A DNA stretch of 53,695 nucleotides, the filler included, from Sphacelaria rigidula (lineage: Eukaryota): NCBI GenBank assembly GCA_964200075.2. It is 5 parts of 5 records of this genome, joined end to end, with 100 filler letters (N's around TTAATTAATTAA, not from the genome) between each part and the next. Parts side by side here need not be neighbours in the genome. Positions count along the whole stretch, not along the records: positions 32,279 to 42,937 come from CAXNAA020006128.1; positions 43,038 to 53,695 come from CAXNAA020006129.1; 3 more parts are not named here. One strand, given 5' to 3'. A program made the position numbers and the translations under genes. Below are positions 37,886 to 50,429 of the stretch, piece by piece (the first letter of the stretch is position 1; the number at the start of each line of letters is the position of its first letter). The notes beneath the pieces were generated by a model that saw only the letters and a program-made list of their open reading frames with translations, did not search any database and was not told the origin of the DNA.

Positions 37886-40323
37886 AACCGATCCGGGGTT
37901 TTTGCTCACACCATGCCCAACAGTGAAGAGTGACTATGTCGTGGGTACATAAAATTCGACTTCATGGTCGACGAGGGAAAGGGATCGCTGAACTCCTCTC
38001 GCGAAGAAAATTGAAGGCAAGCACCGCAGGAGGAGGATGGAGTACTACGATAAAATACAAAATAAATAGCTCCTGTGCTGGCCTTCTTCCTGTGTAACCC
38101 CGGCTGATGCGCCCACATACACCGAAAGGTGTAAACTGGCGTCCGAGAATAGAGGAGATGACGACGTACACACACTTGCGCGCACCAGCTCAACTACTAG
38201 CTCGCGCTCGTCCACGCACAGCAAACTTTGACGGAGTGCGCTCAATATCGGAGGAAGGGCACCCAGACGGTTGTCACTTTCAATCGAACACGTGCCGTCG
38301 CTGACCTTGTGTGCGTGTTTCCGGCGGGCCTTCGACACAAATCTCTTGCTGCCAATCGAGCAGATTGGACCAAAGCCAAGCACAATGCGCTCAGTTGATC
38401 AACAGCTACTGCTCGAGCCATATATTTTCCGTTCGCGAGGGCAGTGGGGCCCTCGCGTTCACGTGTTGCGTTGGGTGTGTCACAAAAGTTGCATATTTTC
38501 GTGTCTGTGCATGTTCCCCTGCGAGATGTTCCCCTTCTAGCGAACCGATTGCCGGTTCGCGGATAAAAAAATAGACGAATATTTCGAAACCAGCATTATT
38601 CCTACAGATTGTTCGGTGGTCTACTTGGGGGATGATATCGCACTGACTAATCATATGTAATACTTGTAGACACAGTGGTGGGCGCTTTAACTTTTCACCT
38701 TGTGGCATTGTGTGATTTTTTGGTAATTGGGTATCTTCTTGGGCTCTTTTCACTTGCCACCGCTCATCACACTGGGGATCTGAAGATATTTGTATCCGCT
38801 CCACATTCCGAGAAAAAAAATGATCCGTACTCCACATTGAGTGACTTACGGGCTGATCGGTCATCGGGGGTACTGTCACGCTTGAGCCCAGATTCTTCCT
38901 CTTCGGTATACTTCGGTCGATCGAGCCTGTCCCGATCATATTTGTGAAGAAATATAGAGTTTTATTTTTTCAAAATTCCACCTACTCATTACACTAGAGC
39001 CGAAAAACTGTGTATCATAGTCAATAACACCCTCCTGATAAACGGGGTATTTACTCGTATCGCCCGATAATACCCACTAGCACTGACTTGGGCACCGTGC
39101 TGCGAGGATGATCTGTTTATTGTACCAAAATCTACCAACGCTAGTAATTTCGAGTTCTATCGAAGAGTAGCACGCGAGGAAAACCTCAAATACCCCTGAA
39201 TAGTCAGACTGCCCACTATGGTAGCAATCAGATTGTCAGAGATAAAATTCTTCTGTCCCGATACGGCCGGCCCTCAGCGGGCGAAGGCGTCACCGGCGTC
39301 GTTAGCAAACGATATTGTTCCGAAAAGAGGTCATGCACCCAAGCGTCGTGTGAACGCAGCATTACCAACGTGGACTACTGACGGTCCAGATTCAGATATT
39401 TCACCACAACCCTCTACAATGCGTCGCCGTTCATCGCCTTGATGCGCAACACATGTGCCGAAAGTCAACTGTCCTCACCCTCGCGGCATCGTGGATACGC
39501 TCCCCGATTAGCAGTAGAACAAGACATGACAGTCAGTGGCAAAGTCCTACTTGTATCGTACAACATTATCTCAACAACACCCAAGAAATCACGTTCATCT
39601 CCCCTGCAAAAAGGCACACGTAGATACTTTCCTCACCTGTAACTCATGCACCAAGTAAAGAGGAATTCGCCACACCCCTCGCTGTCAGATCTCATGTGTA
39701 GAGGTGACTTGCATGAAAGAAGTGACGCAATGTAAGTTGAACTTCGTGTAACAGTAATTGAAAATGCCCAAAATTTCCACTGTCAAAAAATGTACTGTGT
39801 ACAGTATCGAATATATTGTATGTCGCAAAAGGCGTAATAGTCGATACAGTACTGTACGGAGTACACTGTTTTACTGTTGTGTTTTATTCTCCAGGGTGTG
39901 GCACTTTCCATAGATCATGATCCAAGATGAATTTGAAACATAATTTAGACCAAGTTTAGACTTGATTTTGGATTGATCGATTGATCGATCCATTGTCGTG
40001 AATTATTTGATCCGAGAGATCCAGTCGTGGTTATAAGGTGAACGCTGATAATATCCGCATTTTGGAACATGGGGCTTCATTCCCACGCATCTTGGTTCAT
40101 CATTTTCCTTCTCAATTGAAGAGAAACTCTCTTCAGATATGTCGATAGCTAGTGTACTGTACCAATAAACATACAGGATAATGTTTTCAGATCGATTTCG
40201 TTGTGGATCTTCAATCTTTCGACCGCGGGTCGAAATGCAAAGACGAATGTGAAGGAAACAACTGAGCAGCGCCTATTCAGAACGGGACAACAGGCGGCGA
40301 CAACTCTGCCTCTCGCAGGCTGG

Positions 40324-42310
40324 ATGCGGCGTAGATTCCACTTTTACGTGCCGCCAGGCCACAGGACAAGTGCCGCTGTGGTGATGGCGGCAGCAGCACT
40401 GTCGACCACCTCCACCTGCTACCGCGCGGCCGCCTTCGTGCCGACATTCCTAGCGAAAAACACCTACAGCAATTCCAGGTTGCAGGTTGCTCGTCAACAA
40501 CTGCGATGCGGTATCAGTACGAGCATCAGCGGTTGCAGCAGGAAGATTATACCTAGCAAGGCCAGAGATATTCTGGACTGTGCCTCGCTAGCTTCGCCTG
40601 ATGTGATGCTGTTAGGTCATGCGGGGGAGAGGCGACCGTCGAAGCTCATGATGAGTACATCTTCCACCGCTACTACGGACGGTGCGGCGGAGGCCCTGAC
40701 GGCCAGCATCAAGGCCCAGGGGGACGAGATCCGAAAGTGAGATAGGGAAGGATGACCAGAAGTACCCACTATGATTCGGTTGCACAGCTTCTGTCGACAC
40801 TCTGCTGTGGTGCTGTTGTCCGATAGGTCTTGTGTCCATCATCAGAGGTCATGTAAACGCGGAGAGTTCCGTATCTATTGTGTCAGCCGCAAATGTTGTC
40901 ACGTCTGCGCGAGATGGCTCAGACCTCTCCTGAACGGCCTCACCCAGTCTACTCGTCCCCACCCCACACATGATGCGTGCGCGAGTGGGCGTGGTGTTCA
41001 TGTTTTGTTTGCGTGGTAAGAATGGCAGTGGAGGGCGAAGGGTCTGAGGGGCTTTCGCAGAGTAAGCTGTACCAGCGCTAGCCCTGGTTAGAGTGGCTGC
41101 TTGTTCATGCGGTAAAATTGTCCTGGTGGTCGCGTTCACCTCTTGGCGACTCAAACATGTCGATTTTCACGTGTATTTTAGGTTTCATGTGATGATTAAA
41201 TCATGTACAACGTGCAACCCAGTGTTCAGACAGTGCCGGCACGTTCGGACCAATGCCAAGCGCGCCTGTCCACAACAGTTCTCCGTAGCGCGGTGAGTAC
41301 GTGCGGGCCCAATTAGGCACCTTGAAGAATGAAAATTTGAGGGGTGTCGACGAGTGAGAGGGCTAGGGTAAACTTGGATCGTGGCTGAAGAAGCTAAAGG
41401 TATACGATGCTACGTTTACACCATGCATGGGAAATGGCGAAACAAACCATCGTGAAAGCAACCAGGGTGTTTCTCGGTTAGAGGGGCGGTGGATGGAATC
41501 CGCCTTGCTCGCTGCTCGTTTGTTGCTCGATCGATCGCTCTCTAAGGCGACGTCTCTTGTCTTCTGCCGCGCGAATTGAGGAATGATTTGATGTGTGCCG
41601 TACATGCTGGTATTTCACGAGCACCCTTGTGGATCAATTGACCGCCAGGGTGGGTGGGTCATACACTGAATCGGCATCATCAGTTGAAACGTAATCGTAA
41701 GACTCGATTGACCCACCCTGACGGTCAAAGGGTTGATCACAGCGGTGATTCTCTGCTTGCAACGTGGGTACCGCGGGTAAATCTTTTGTGACAAGCCATG
41801 ATATTGCTCCGAAAAGAGGTCTGGTGCCCAAAGGAGTTGAACCCTTTCACCACGAAGCAGTCCATTTTAGTCCACCCACGCGTGAAGGTAAGTAAGCGCA
41901 TGCATCGCTCCCACATCTTCATTCGTGTGTACCGCTGCTCCAGCTGTCACAATCTCACACTCTTTGTGGTTAATGGGCTGACTTCATCTCTGAACTTTCT
42001 CACTTAGTCCAGCCCATCTTTTCCTGTCCCCTTCTCGCCATCTCTCCCGCCTCGCATATCTGTTCCCCGCTCGTCTCTTCGTGCATCGTGCGCGCCGTTT
42101 TTCACGGGTGTATATGTTGACCCGAAAAGGCTGAAGGCCGACGGCGCTGACAAGGCTGAGCTCGCTCCCTCCATCGAAAAGCTGGTCGCTCTCAAGGCGG
42201 AGTTCGAGCAGGTCACGGGTACGCCCTTCGACCCTCCCAAGAAGGGCAAGGGTAAGGGTGCTGCTGGAGGGGAACAGAAGAAGCCGGAAGGGGGAAAGCA
42301 AAGCGGCAAG
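40324..42310 (+). CDS. WHEP-TRS-domain protein, probably an organelle-targeted aminoacyl-tRNA synthetase (exons 40324-40736 and 42130-42310; continues off contig)
   Basis: Phase-2 splice AA|GT...AG|G gives ALTASIKAQGDEIRKLKADGADKAELAPSIEKLVALKAEFEQVTG (WHEP consensus). N-terminus has a hydrophobic stretch, AAAFVP, then a Ser/Arg-rich transit-like peptide. Confidence 0.8.
41638..41736. repeat. Small intronic inverted-repeat element
   Basis: TTGACCGCCAGGGTGGGT ... ACCCACCCTGACGGTCAA followed by AGGGTTGA. Confidence 0.5.
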
Positions 42311-42394
42311 GTCTGTCAGTGTTGACTGCTTTTTTCACCCCTTGATGGCGCGAGAATGTAAGCAACTTTCACGCAGGTGTTTTTGTTTTCCCCA

Positions 42395-42740
42395 TTAACC
42401 CTTTTGGGACCGACCCCCCACTAACACAGGGTTGACCCTGTGTTGGTGAAATAATAAAAAACAAGTCTTCGAGGGACCTGCCCAATCACGGCGAGGCGAT
42501 ATTTATCGGCCAGACCCGAACGATCAGTGCTGGGGTTATTGGTCACTGTAAAGATCGTGTGGGGACCCTATCCCTGGCCCAGATAAGCCTTCGCAGGTTT
42601 CCAAGCGCAGGGCGGTTGCAGCTTGGTTATATGATATGACTTGCACTCATTATACCGTTCCCGAGTTTTCCGGTGGATTTTTCGAGTCTCAATTCCCTAA
42701 TAAAACGTAGTAATTTACACTAACACAGGGTCGACCGGAA
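42395..42740 (+). mobile_element. piggyBac-like non-autonomous element, left end
   Basis: TTAA|CCCTTTTGGGACC; internal CACTAACACAGGGT.GACC repeated at ~42419 and ~42718; ACCCTTTTGGGACC also at 29037. Confidence 0.45.
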
Positions 42741-42937
42741 AAGCCGGGAAGGAGTGTACATGCTACCGTTTGGTCATTTCCACCACGCCCTAGAACCAGG
42801 TGGGCTGTGGAAAGACAAAAGGATCTACTGTCATGAGTTGTGGTTATCCCTCTGGCGATGACTTGCAGGGTGCAGTCAACATGTATGTAGTGGGCGGGGA
42901 TTAAGAAGCGGTATATAGGCAGTTGATCTCGGTAGCT

Positions 42938-43037
42938 NNNNNNNNNNNNNNNNNNNNNNNNNNNNNNNNNNNNNNNNNNNNTTAATTAATTAANNNNNNN
43001 NNNNNNNNNNNNNNNNNNNNNNNNNNNNNNNNNNNNN
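42938..43037. other. Artificial contig linker
   Basis: 100 bp: Ns with TTAATTAATTAA. Confidence 0.98.
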
Positions 43038-43325
43038 TTTTTTTTTTTTTCTTTATCGGTGCTTCGCACCCTCTCCCCCATGCCGGTGGGAGGGGGGGGG
43101 GGGGGGGGGGGGGGGGGGTATTTCGCTCAGCGAAACAACGGGATCTTATCGTGTGGACAGATGTGTGCTGTTGACGAGAAGAGTATTTGGCCGCGATTCG
43201 CTGCTTGTAACAACGCTTCAAAGCTACTCCTTCGCGCAAGAAGAGGCCCAGAAATTCCTCCCCCCCCTCGTAGGATGACTTCAAGGTGGCTCCTCTGTGG
43301 GAAAAGTGGCCCAGAATCCTCCCCC

Positions 43326-43408
43326 TGCTCCGTCTCGATAGGGATGCGCGGTCAATGGTCGAACGATTAAGGCAAGCAATAAATGAGTACGCCCCCCTTC
43401 CCCCCCCC
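43326..43408 (+). mobile_element. Short LINE 3' terminus with C tail
   Basis: TGCTCCGTCTCGATAGGGATGCGCGGTCAATGGTC...AAATGAGTACGCCCCCCTTCCCCCCCCC. Confidence 0.75.
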
Positions 43409-43903
43409 TAATGTAGGATGGCTCTCAGACGGCAGCTGAATGGTGCTCACTAGCTCCATCAAAGATTGCTCAAACGTCGACATTCCACAGAGTTTTGCAA
43501 ACCCAACGCAGCTATCAAAGGGGGGAGCGGAACGAAATATATAGCTGTGAATTTGCCGCTACTAGTTCGTCCCGATGAGGAGATCCAATCGCTTGGTCAA
43601 CGCTGGCCACTTCAACGACGTAAGTATCGTTTATGTCAATATCCCACTGTCAAGAATCGACGAAAATCTACCGCATGTCGCCGGCTTGATACATTAGAGA
43701 CGGTGAAGTTTCCCCGTGAATGAAGGTTCCAACATATGTTCCGGGTTGCATTGAGTGAATGATCTATCGTTCAGGTTATGGCCGTAGAAACCTCGGAAAT
43801 AGTCCCAGATTCGGAGAAATGCATCGAACATTCTTGTGCCTTCACCGAAATAACGGGAAGCTACAAGCAGTAAACCCGGATGTACAATACTTGAAGGTTA
43901 CAT

Positions 43904-44144
43904 TGTAATACGTGAGAGGACCGCGTGCTTAGAAGACCGCATCGGAATTTGAACACCCCTGTGGTTAGGGTTAGGGTTAGGGTTAGGGTTAGGGTTAGTG
44001 TTGGGGTTAGGGTTAGTGTTGGGGTTAGGGTCAGGGGCGTGGTACCTGCAGGGATTGACCCGATTTGTTTTGAAAAACGTCAATCCTGAGGTATTTCGAA
44101 CCACGGCGCGGTCCTCTGAGCACGCGGTCCTCTCACGCATTACA
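43904..44144. mobile_element. 241-bp TIR element (TGT...ACA, 4-bp TSD ACAT; Ginger-like) enclosing a telomeric array
   Basis: TIRs TGTAATACGTGAGAGGACCGCGTGCTTAGAAGACCGC / GCGGTCCTCTGAGCACGCGGTCCTCTCACGCATTACA; ACAT at 43900-43903 and 44145-44148. Confidence 0.8.
43963..44036 (+). repeat. Interstitial telomeric array (TTAGGG)n, ~12 units with variants
   Basis: TTAGGG x5, then TTAGTG, TTGGGG and TCAGGG variants interspersed with TTAGGG. Confidence 0.92.
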
Positions 44145-45535
44145 ACATGCAGAGTTGTATTATGTGCATCCGAGGATGTACCTAAACTGTTCTTGCCTCT
44201 TGTGTTCGGTGTGCGAGCATTCTTTGCACAACGTATATCAAGACGTGTAGCCAGTAGACACGGACATGCGAACATGAGTCGTTGCATCTCACAACTACGT
44301 TCGTTATCTACAGACTCGCATGCTACTATTCCTCGATACTGTGTTCGCTGTTCAGAAGACCAGAGGAAACAAGGCACTGGAGTGGGTAACCGCGGGCTGG
44401 TTAGCAGGCGCTATCTTCATGGAATGTTTGCGTTCTACTCCGCTCATGATTTTTTCCTGGCGCGTGTGGCACCTCATTTTCGCATCTCAGAAGAATAATC
44501 GATTCAAGGACGAACGCTGTCTTGTTCAGAAAACCGACACATCACCCGTGAGCCGGGGAAATCAGCAGCCTGTGCTCACCCTGACCTTGACACCCATCAA
44601 GCACGAAGTGGTCTCAGAACAACAGCTCTGGTTGCTTCATGTTCACGCAAACCGCTGTCAACCGCAAATACCGATATTTTTCGCGCTCACGAAGTCATAT
44701 GGGTTTCAGAAACGTTTGGAAGTAGTTTGACTGTGATCGGGTATCACGGGAAGCGTCTATTGCAAACCGATCCGTTGAGGTAACACAACGGGTTGCTTCA
44801 CGTCCAGCTCATGGAAAGAAACATTCTATGCCAAACGGTGCTCGGCAAGTGTCTATATATGTCCTATGAGTGTGCCTATACAGGACCATACATCCAAGGG
44901 TTGAATTCTGCGTGACACTGACGTTGACATCAAGTGTTCATGTGGACGCCCAGGGAAAATCTTGTTGAAAAAAAACTGTAGTGCTGATGTACTCGCATTT
45001 CCTTTGATGATTTCGGTTGTGTCCAGGTTTGTTGATATCGGTGACGCAGTTCTGCTTGATTTCGGCAGAAGGGAGTTTATCATTCTGTTCGGTCATCCGT
45101 GTATCCATACATCTCAGTGAAACGAGAGTGTTCTTGTTTCATGGGAGCGTCATATCCTCAGAATAGCAGTACAGCTCCGCCAACACGTTGAAGCCAAAGA
45201 ACTAGTGCGATCCTCGAACCGATGTGAAGGCTTCCATCTTAAAAACAAAATGGAACTCAGAAAAACTTACCGGTGCGCGATCGTTTCGTCTGGTTCTTCA
45301 TGACTTCCCTGGCCCTCGAACGCTTCTTCCACGTCTCGAACCTTTACCATCCTGCGATTCCACGCAGAGAGATGATAAGAAATGATCCATCTTTCAGAAA
45401 CGTGCATTCTGCAATCTAGCGGGTGGCGATGCTGTTCCTTTTCAGTGTTGGCGCTCCGTATGTCCTTTGATATGTTGACAAATGATGAATACCCCCTTTT
45501 ACTTGTGAAAGCGTTAATTGCTCTGTTTTCTCATC

Positions 45536-45760
45536 ACTCTGTCTGTCTCTATCTCTGTTTCTCTGTCTCTCTGTCTGTGTCCCTGCCTATGTACATGTAT
45601 CTGTCTGTGTCTCTGTGTCTCTGTGTCTCTGTCTTTCTCTATCTCTGGCTCTGGCTCTGACTTTTTTATGTCTCTGTCTCTTTCTATGTATCTGCCTATC
45701 TATCTGTCTGTCTGTCTGCCTGTCTGTCTCTCCGTCTCTATTTCTCTCTGTCTCTCTCTG
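45536..45760. repeat. Compound (CT/CTGT/CTAT)n microsatellite
   Basis: Visible directly in the sequence. Confidence 0.9.
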
Positions 45761-47770
45761 GCCGTCAAAGACGTGCTTCGCATTTCACACCTCACATTAT
45801 TTCATGCTGTTTCAAATACAGGATGTTACCCTGAGTATGCAGAATCCCCGCGACCAGTCAAGGTCGGGAAAGATTCCAGAATTGCTGAGCAAGCAGGAAA
45901 TGAGAAACGGAATACTCAACGCTATCTACTCCTTGTCAGCGTGTAATAGGGTGGGATCATCCTACCGCCCTTCGCTGGACACGATGGAAACATATATCAG
46001 AGCTAGGACCAGTGACTTCAAAAACCTCAGAGTCGTATCTCAAGCCACAGGAAGTACCTAACGTATGAAGCCCTCTATGGATCCCTACGCGGTGTCTGAT
46101 TCGCTTGCTCTGTGCTTCATCAAATTCGGCCGAGGTTTGACTCTCTCGGAATGTGCTTCGTACCTACACTCAGGCTGAGGAGAGAGGTTCACATTACGGT
46201 ACTACGACAGAAACCCGATGTGGAACCGTATACGCAAAGTTGAGTCAGGAAGAAACGGGGATATTATGGGCAGCATCTCCAACTCGGTGCGCAGAATGGA
46301 CTCAAGTTACGCTTGTCCCTGTATTTCACCACCGAGACAAAAAGACTGCATTTTGAAAAGCACTATCAGCGCATGAGCAGCGTGATTGTCTACACTAGAG
46401 ATCGCAGTTTCGGGTTTACTCATTTATCGATTTATGAGACAAAGCTTGCTGACCCTCACGAGTCGAGTGGTCCATCTTGATGGACATACTTATCGCTTCT
46501 TGTTGTTTTGTTCAATTTTCGAAACACGTACGCGAGAGCACTCCTGGAGCAAGATTTATCCTCCCTCTTCTTCCCAGAACGTTTGAATCAGAGTATCAAG
46601 ATCGAGCGAAATTGTTCACTTGACGTGAATTATCCTAACGTTTCATTGCTGTTGGTGGTGGGAGTGCAGCATAGGTTCCAAAGATCAACACGTGCAAAAC
46701 GGTGAAGTGGTATCTGTGGCGACAGGCACATCTACGCCGGTGTGCCGTGGACGTCGGGGTGTTACACCTCCGAGTAATGTGCGTTTCAGCGTTGGTCTTG
46801 TCGAAAAATGTCACCGCGAAGTTACCAACGGGTCGTGTCATGGATAGATTTCGTCAAGATCTTTCGACCAAAGTGCAAATATCCGGGAGCGCCGTCTGTA
46901 ATTTGTCTTGGATAATCGAGGTTGATGAGGATGCGCGGGGGGGGCTCAGCCCCGCGTTACTTCGAGACATGCGGCATGGAGAAACACCTTGTCTCAGGTA
47001 TCGATTGTGAGAATTGCTAAGTGGCCTGCACGTGTTTTTTTTCCGGTAGTGAAGAGAGTGCGGTTCACAAACATTTTAGTTTGTAATTACTCACTACTTG
47101 TATCCAAGCCATCGTCGAGTCTGGTGACGTGGCGATGATGAAACACTTAAGCCCCGTGTACAAATTCCAGAAGTCAAACATTTTCCTCTTTAACTGGTGC
47201 ACACTCTCAGATTTTGATGTTCTTGATGACTGGACTGTAGAGATTAAAGCTGTGGAGATTAGAACTGACTGGACGATAGACCCAAACCTCGCCCTAGTTT
47301 CAGGCCGCCACCAATAACACCACCGTAGGTAGCTTATCCACTCTGCAAACCGGGCAGACCACACATGCAATGCAATTGGCAACTTTGATTGGTATTATCG
47401 GGTATAAAACTTACTGGGGTAGGAAATTTTATTTGAATATCAACCACAGATATTATCTGGTTCGCCACTTCTAACGTCTCGTTGCTTCTAACGATACCGT
47501 AGCTTGAAAGAATCTTACGATACCGCAGCTTGAAAGTAGGGACCTTTCTACCGTTCCATTCATAACAATGGCGCACGTGTACCTACTGAACCAACAGCTT
47601 GATAAGTGCAGGTACTCGGATCTCCTGTGGCTCCTGAAACTAGTGACGCAGATCGCCATGGTTTCGCGTATCACTAGATATCAATTGCCTCTCAGTCAAA
47701 GCCATCAGAGCTGGCAATTCTTCTCGGGGTAGTCTTTTGCGGCGGAGACCCGAACCTAGGCCATACTCAC

Positions 47771-50429
47771 TGTTCCAAAGCTCTTGGCAGTGCTCGGTGG
47801 TGCGGTTTGGGCCACCCATGTGTTGTTCTACTCAGTGTCCAACGGTTCAGAGTTAGAGCTACCCTGTCCAAACATTACTGGTATTTCCCGGAAAAGTCGG
47901 CGCGGGAACACACCAAGATTAACGAGATATCACGACCTCGAAAAAGCGCCACACATTGACTACATAGTCTACCATGCAACCCGACAAAGTGCTCACCCAT
48001 CGTGTCTGTGTCGACTGCAGCTCCTCTCAGAACCCGACACGCCGCTTACGCCCGCCACCGCTGACCCCGGGACGAACGCCCATGTCCAACGTGCTCGACA
48101 CCCCCCGGAGTAGCACAACGCGTTTTTTCGCAACACGGCCCGCTGATCTCGATGCAATCTACACCACACCCCTTCGCGTCCTAAGCTTGCTCCGGCCGGT
48201 GTACGATGCGCCTTATCGCTATCGCCGCCTTTCACCCCACTGTGCCTCTCCGCCACCCTTGTCAATCCACCACCATCACCACTGCCACCACTACCACTAC
48301 TTCTACCACCACCAGCACTACCACTACTACTACTACCTCCACCACTACCAGCACTACCATTACTACTACCACCACCACTACCACCACCACCACCACCCTC
48401 ATAATCAGCTGGACCATAACAGCCTTCAAAATCGCACCGCCAGCGCAACATGATATCTGATCGTTGTATTTCGGACAGTCTCGCCGATTCAGCAAGTCGC
48501 TGTCCATCCTGTTGCAGCATACCTGAGGCGTGGTCAGAAGTTCTTCCGTGCTTCGTTGGTGATGGTGGGTACAACGGTTCTCGAGGTGTCTCCGCTTTTT
48601 CAGACAACCATGGGCAGGCCAAGAAACGACTTGTATCTCCAGCCGTGGTAACTTGTAGGTGAGGGGCGGCTGCAGGCCCAGTGTGGCGGATTCGGCGGTT
48701 CTTACTGCTGGTGTTTTCACGTTGAGTATAGTTCAACTCGACGTTCGGTACTTGAACGTCTGGTCGTAGTGGCTGTGGTGTTTCTTGCTCATCTTGCAAT
48801 CGGTCGGGGCTGGTGTAAGATAGGTTTGACGGAGTAGGCCATGGAAGTGTACTTGTAGAAAGAGGCCGGAGACTAGTGGGGGAGCAAGGAGGTTGTCGAT
48901 TTTGTTGTTGGTGGTGGCAGTGTTGTGGTTGTTGTCGATGCTTTTGGTCGTGGTGTTGCCAGCGGTCCCGCGTTTCTGGGACATCGCGCGTGGGCAATGT
49001 GTTGACGCAGCTGCTGTTGGTCGGGTTACATGATGAAGGTGATGCTGGATTGCTCGTTGGAACCTCGACGAGGCTAGACCAAGATTGTGCGTGATTGATG
49101 TAGTGCTCATCACGCGTGAGCGTTGATTGGGCGTGACAGGAATCAGCTGGCGCTGTGGGATCTGCAGCCAAAGCGGACTCTAGTGGAAATAGGGCTGGCT
49201 TGTCAGCATCCGCCGCTTGTTGAGTCAATGGTTGATCCCGGGCGGGGAGTATCGCGGGACGTTCCAACCACTGAGTGTGGTTGCGGGTGTGTGTGAAGTC
49301 GACGTTTCCAGCGTTTGCTTCCGTTGCAGTTGAGATTCCCTTTACTTGTGAGCTAGTACCAACCCCTCGGTCGCCCAAACATTCCGTATAAACGACACCT
49401 GAATGGCGCCTGCTGTCCTTTTCACCATAAGTGCGCAGTACTTCATCCGCTATCTTTACAGGCGCCCTCGATGGAGGCACGGTGGAACCGCTGCCAGGCC
49501 TGCCTCGCGGTAGCGCTGCGATTGTCACCGTGGAGTCTGACTCTATTGGCGATGGCGTTAGACGATGCAACAACCCCGACCCTCCTCCTGGTATGTCATC
49601 GCCCCCTCTATCCCGCCCACCCCTTACCCCCAAGGTTGAGGCTCGCGGGAAGTCGCCGCAGTCACCCAAGCCCAGTGCCCGAGAAACAGAGGGGATCGGT
49701 CCCGAAGGCGGTGCTAGTACACAGGTAGGTTTTATTTCTTTGGAGTTTCGAAGAATTTCCGGGGGGGCTGCTTGTCCTTTCTGTGTTGCCGTGAGGCGAT
49801 GTTTAGCATTCCTATGTTGTGGTGATTGATTCTCCCCACAGGCTGTGGCACTAGGCACTCTTTCGAGCGTGCCGCCTTCAGCACGTTGATTGCCAACACG
49901 CACGTCTGTCCCCACCGCCCTGGTATCGATCTTGTTGATGGCCCCGATAGTAGTAGACGGCAAGGATGCTCTGGTGGCCGACAATGCCGGAGCAAAGATC
50001 GCATGATCACCTTTGTTGCGGACTTTTGGATATTCTTTCCTGACGACCATGCCAGGTATCCCTCCTTTTCCCCTGTCTTTGTCGTGTGGCCCTTTCCACA
50101 TGTCAGCAATGACCCCCTGTTGAGGTTGCTGTATCCCACCGCGCTCGCTTGTTACCGATGTTACGGCACGAGGACCCTGTTGACCCTGTTGAGTTGATGT
50201 CTGCGAATATCTTTCAGACGTACCCTGCAAGGTCTGAGCTCTGGCAGCGAGTCTACCCGACGAAGAACGCCCTGCTACTGCGCCACCTCCGACACTACCC
50301 GATCCTTCGTCTTGCTCATCTATAGTTGCAGCCTGCAAAGGGTCGTCGCGCGGAGAATCAGCAGCAGCGGGATAATTTTCCCAAGTTTTGGGGACAGCAT
50401 TACGCAACGTGTGTCGGTGTTGTGTACAT
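47771..50429 (-). CDS. Protein with EsV-1-7-like Cys/His repeats and a long disordered region (exons 50429-47997 and 47863-47771; partial)
   Basis: 804-aa ORF bounded by CAG| and |GTGAGC; motifs RCDFEGC...WCRLH and LCYSGGC...SCSRHRHDG (C-x4-C...C-x2-H); the next exon is phase-compatible. Confidence 0.6.
48268..48396. repeat. (CAC/TAC)n trinucleotide repeat encoding a Gly/Ser tract on the minus strand
   Basis: Translates as GGGGGGSGGGSSNGSAGSGGG... within the 804-aa ORF. Confidence 0.9.

Noticed and set aside
43898..44498. NPNPNP and LGLGL ORFs
   Set aside because: Translations of telomeric repeats.
45382..46061. Hydrophobic SLSLCL ORFs
   Set aside because: Translations of a CT/CTGT microsatellite.
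47974..48460. Poly-His/Tyr and poly-Thr ORFs on the + strand
   Set aside because: Antisense shadows of the Gly/Ser microsatellite in the minus-strand exon.
33608..50429. Endogenous giant-virus segment (ankyrin plus EsV-1-7-like genes)
   Set aside because: The genes are on different unlinked contigs, one is spliced, gene density is low and no NCLDV core genes are seen.
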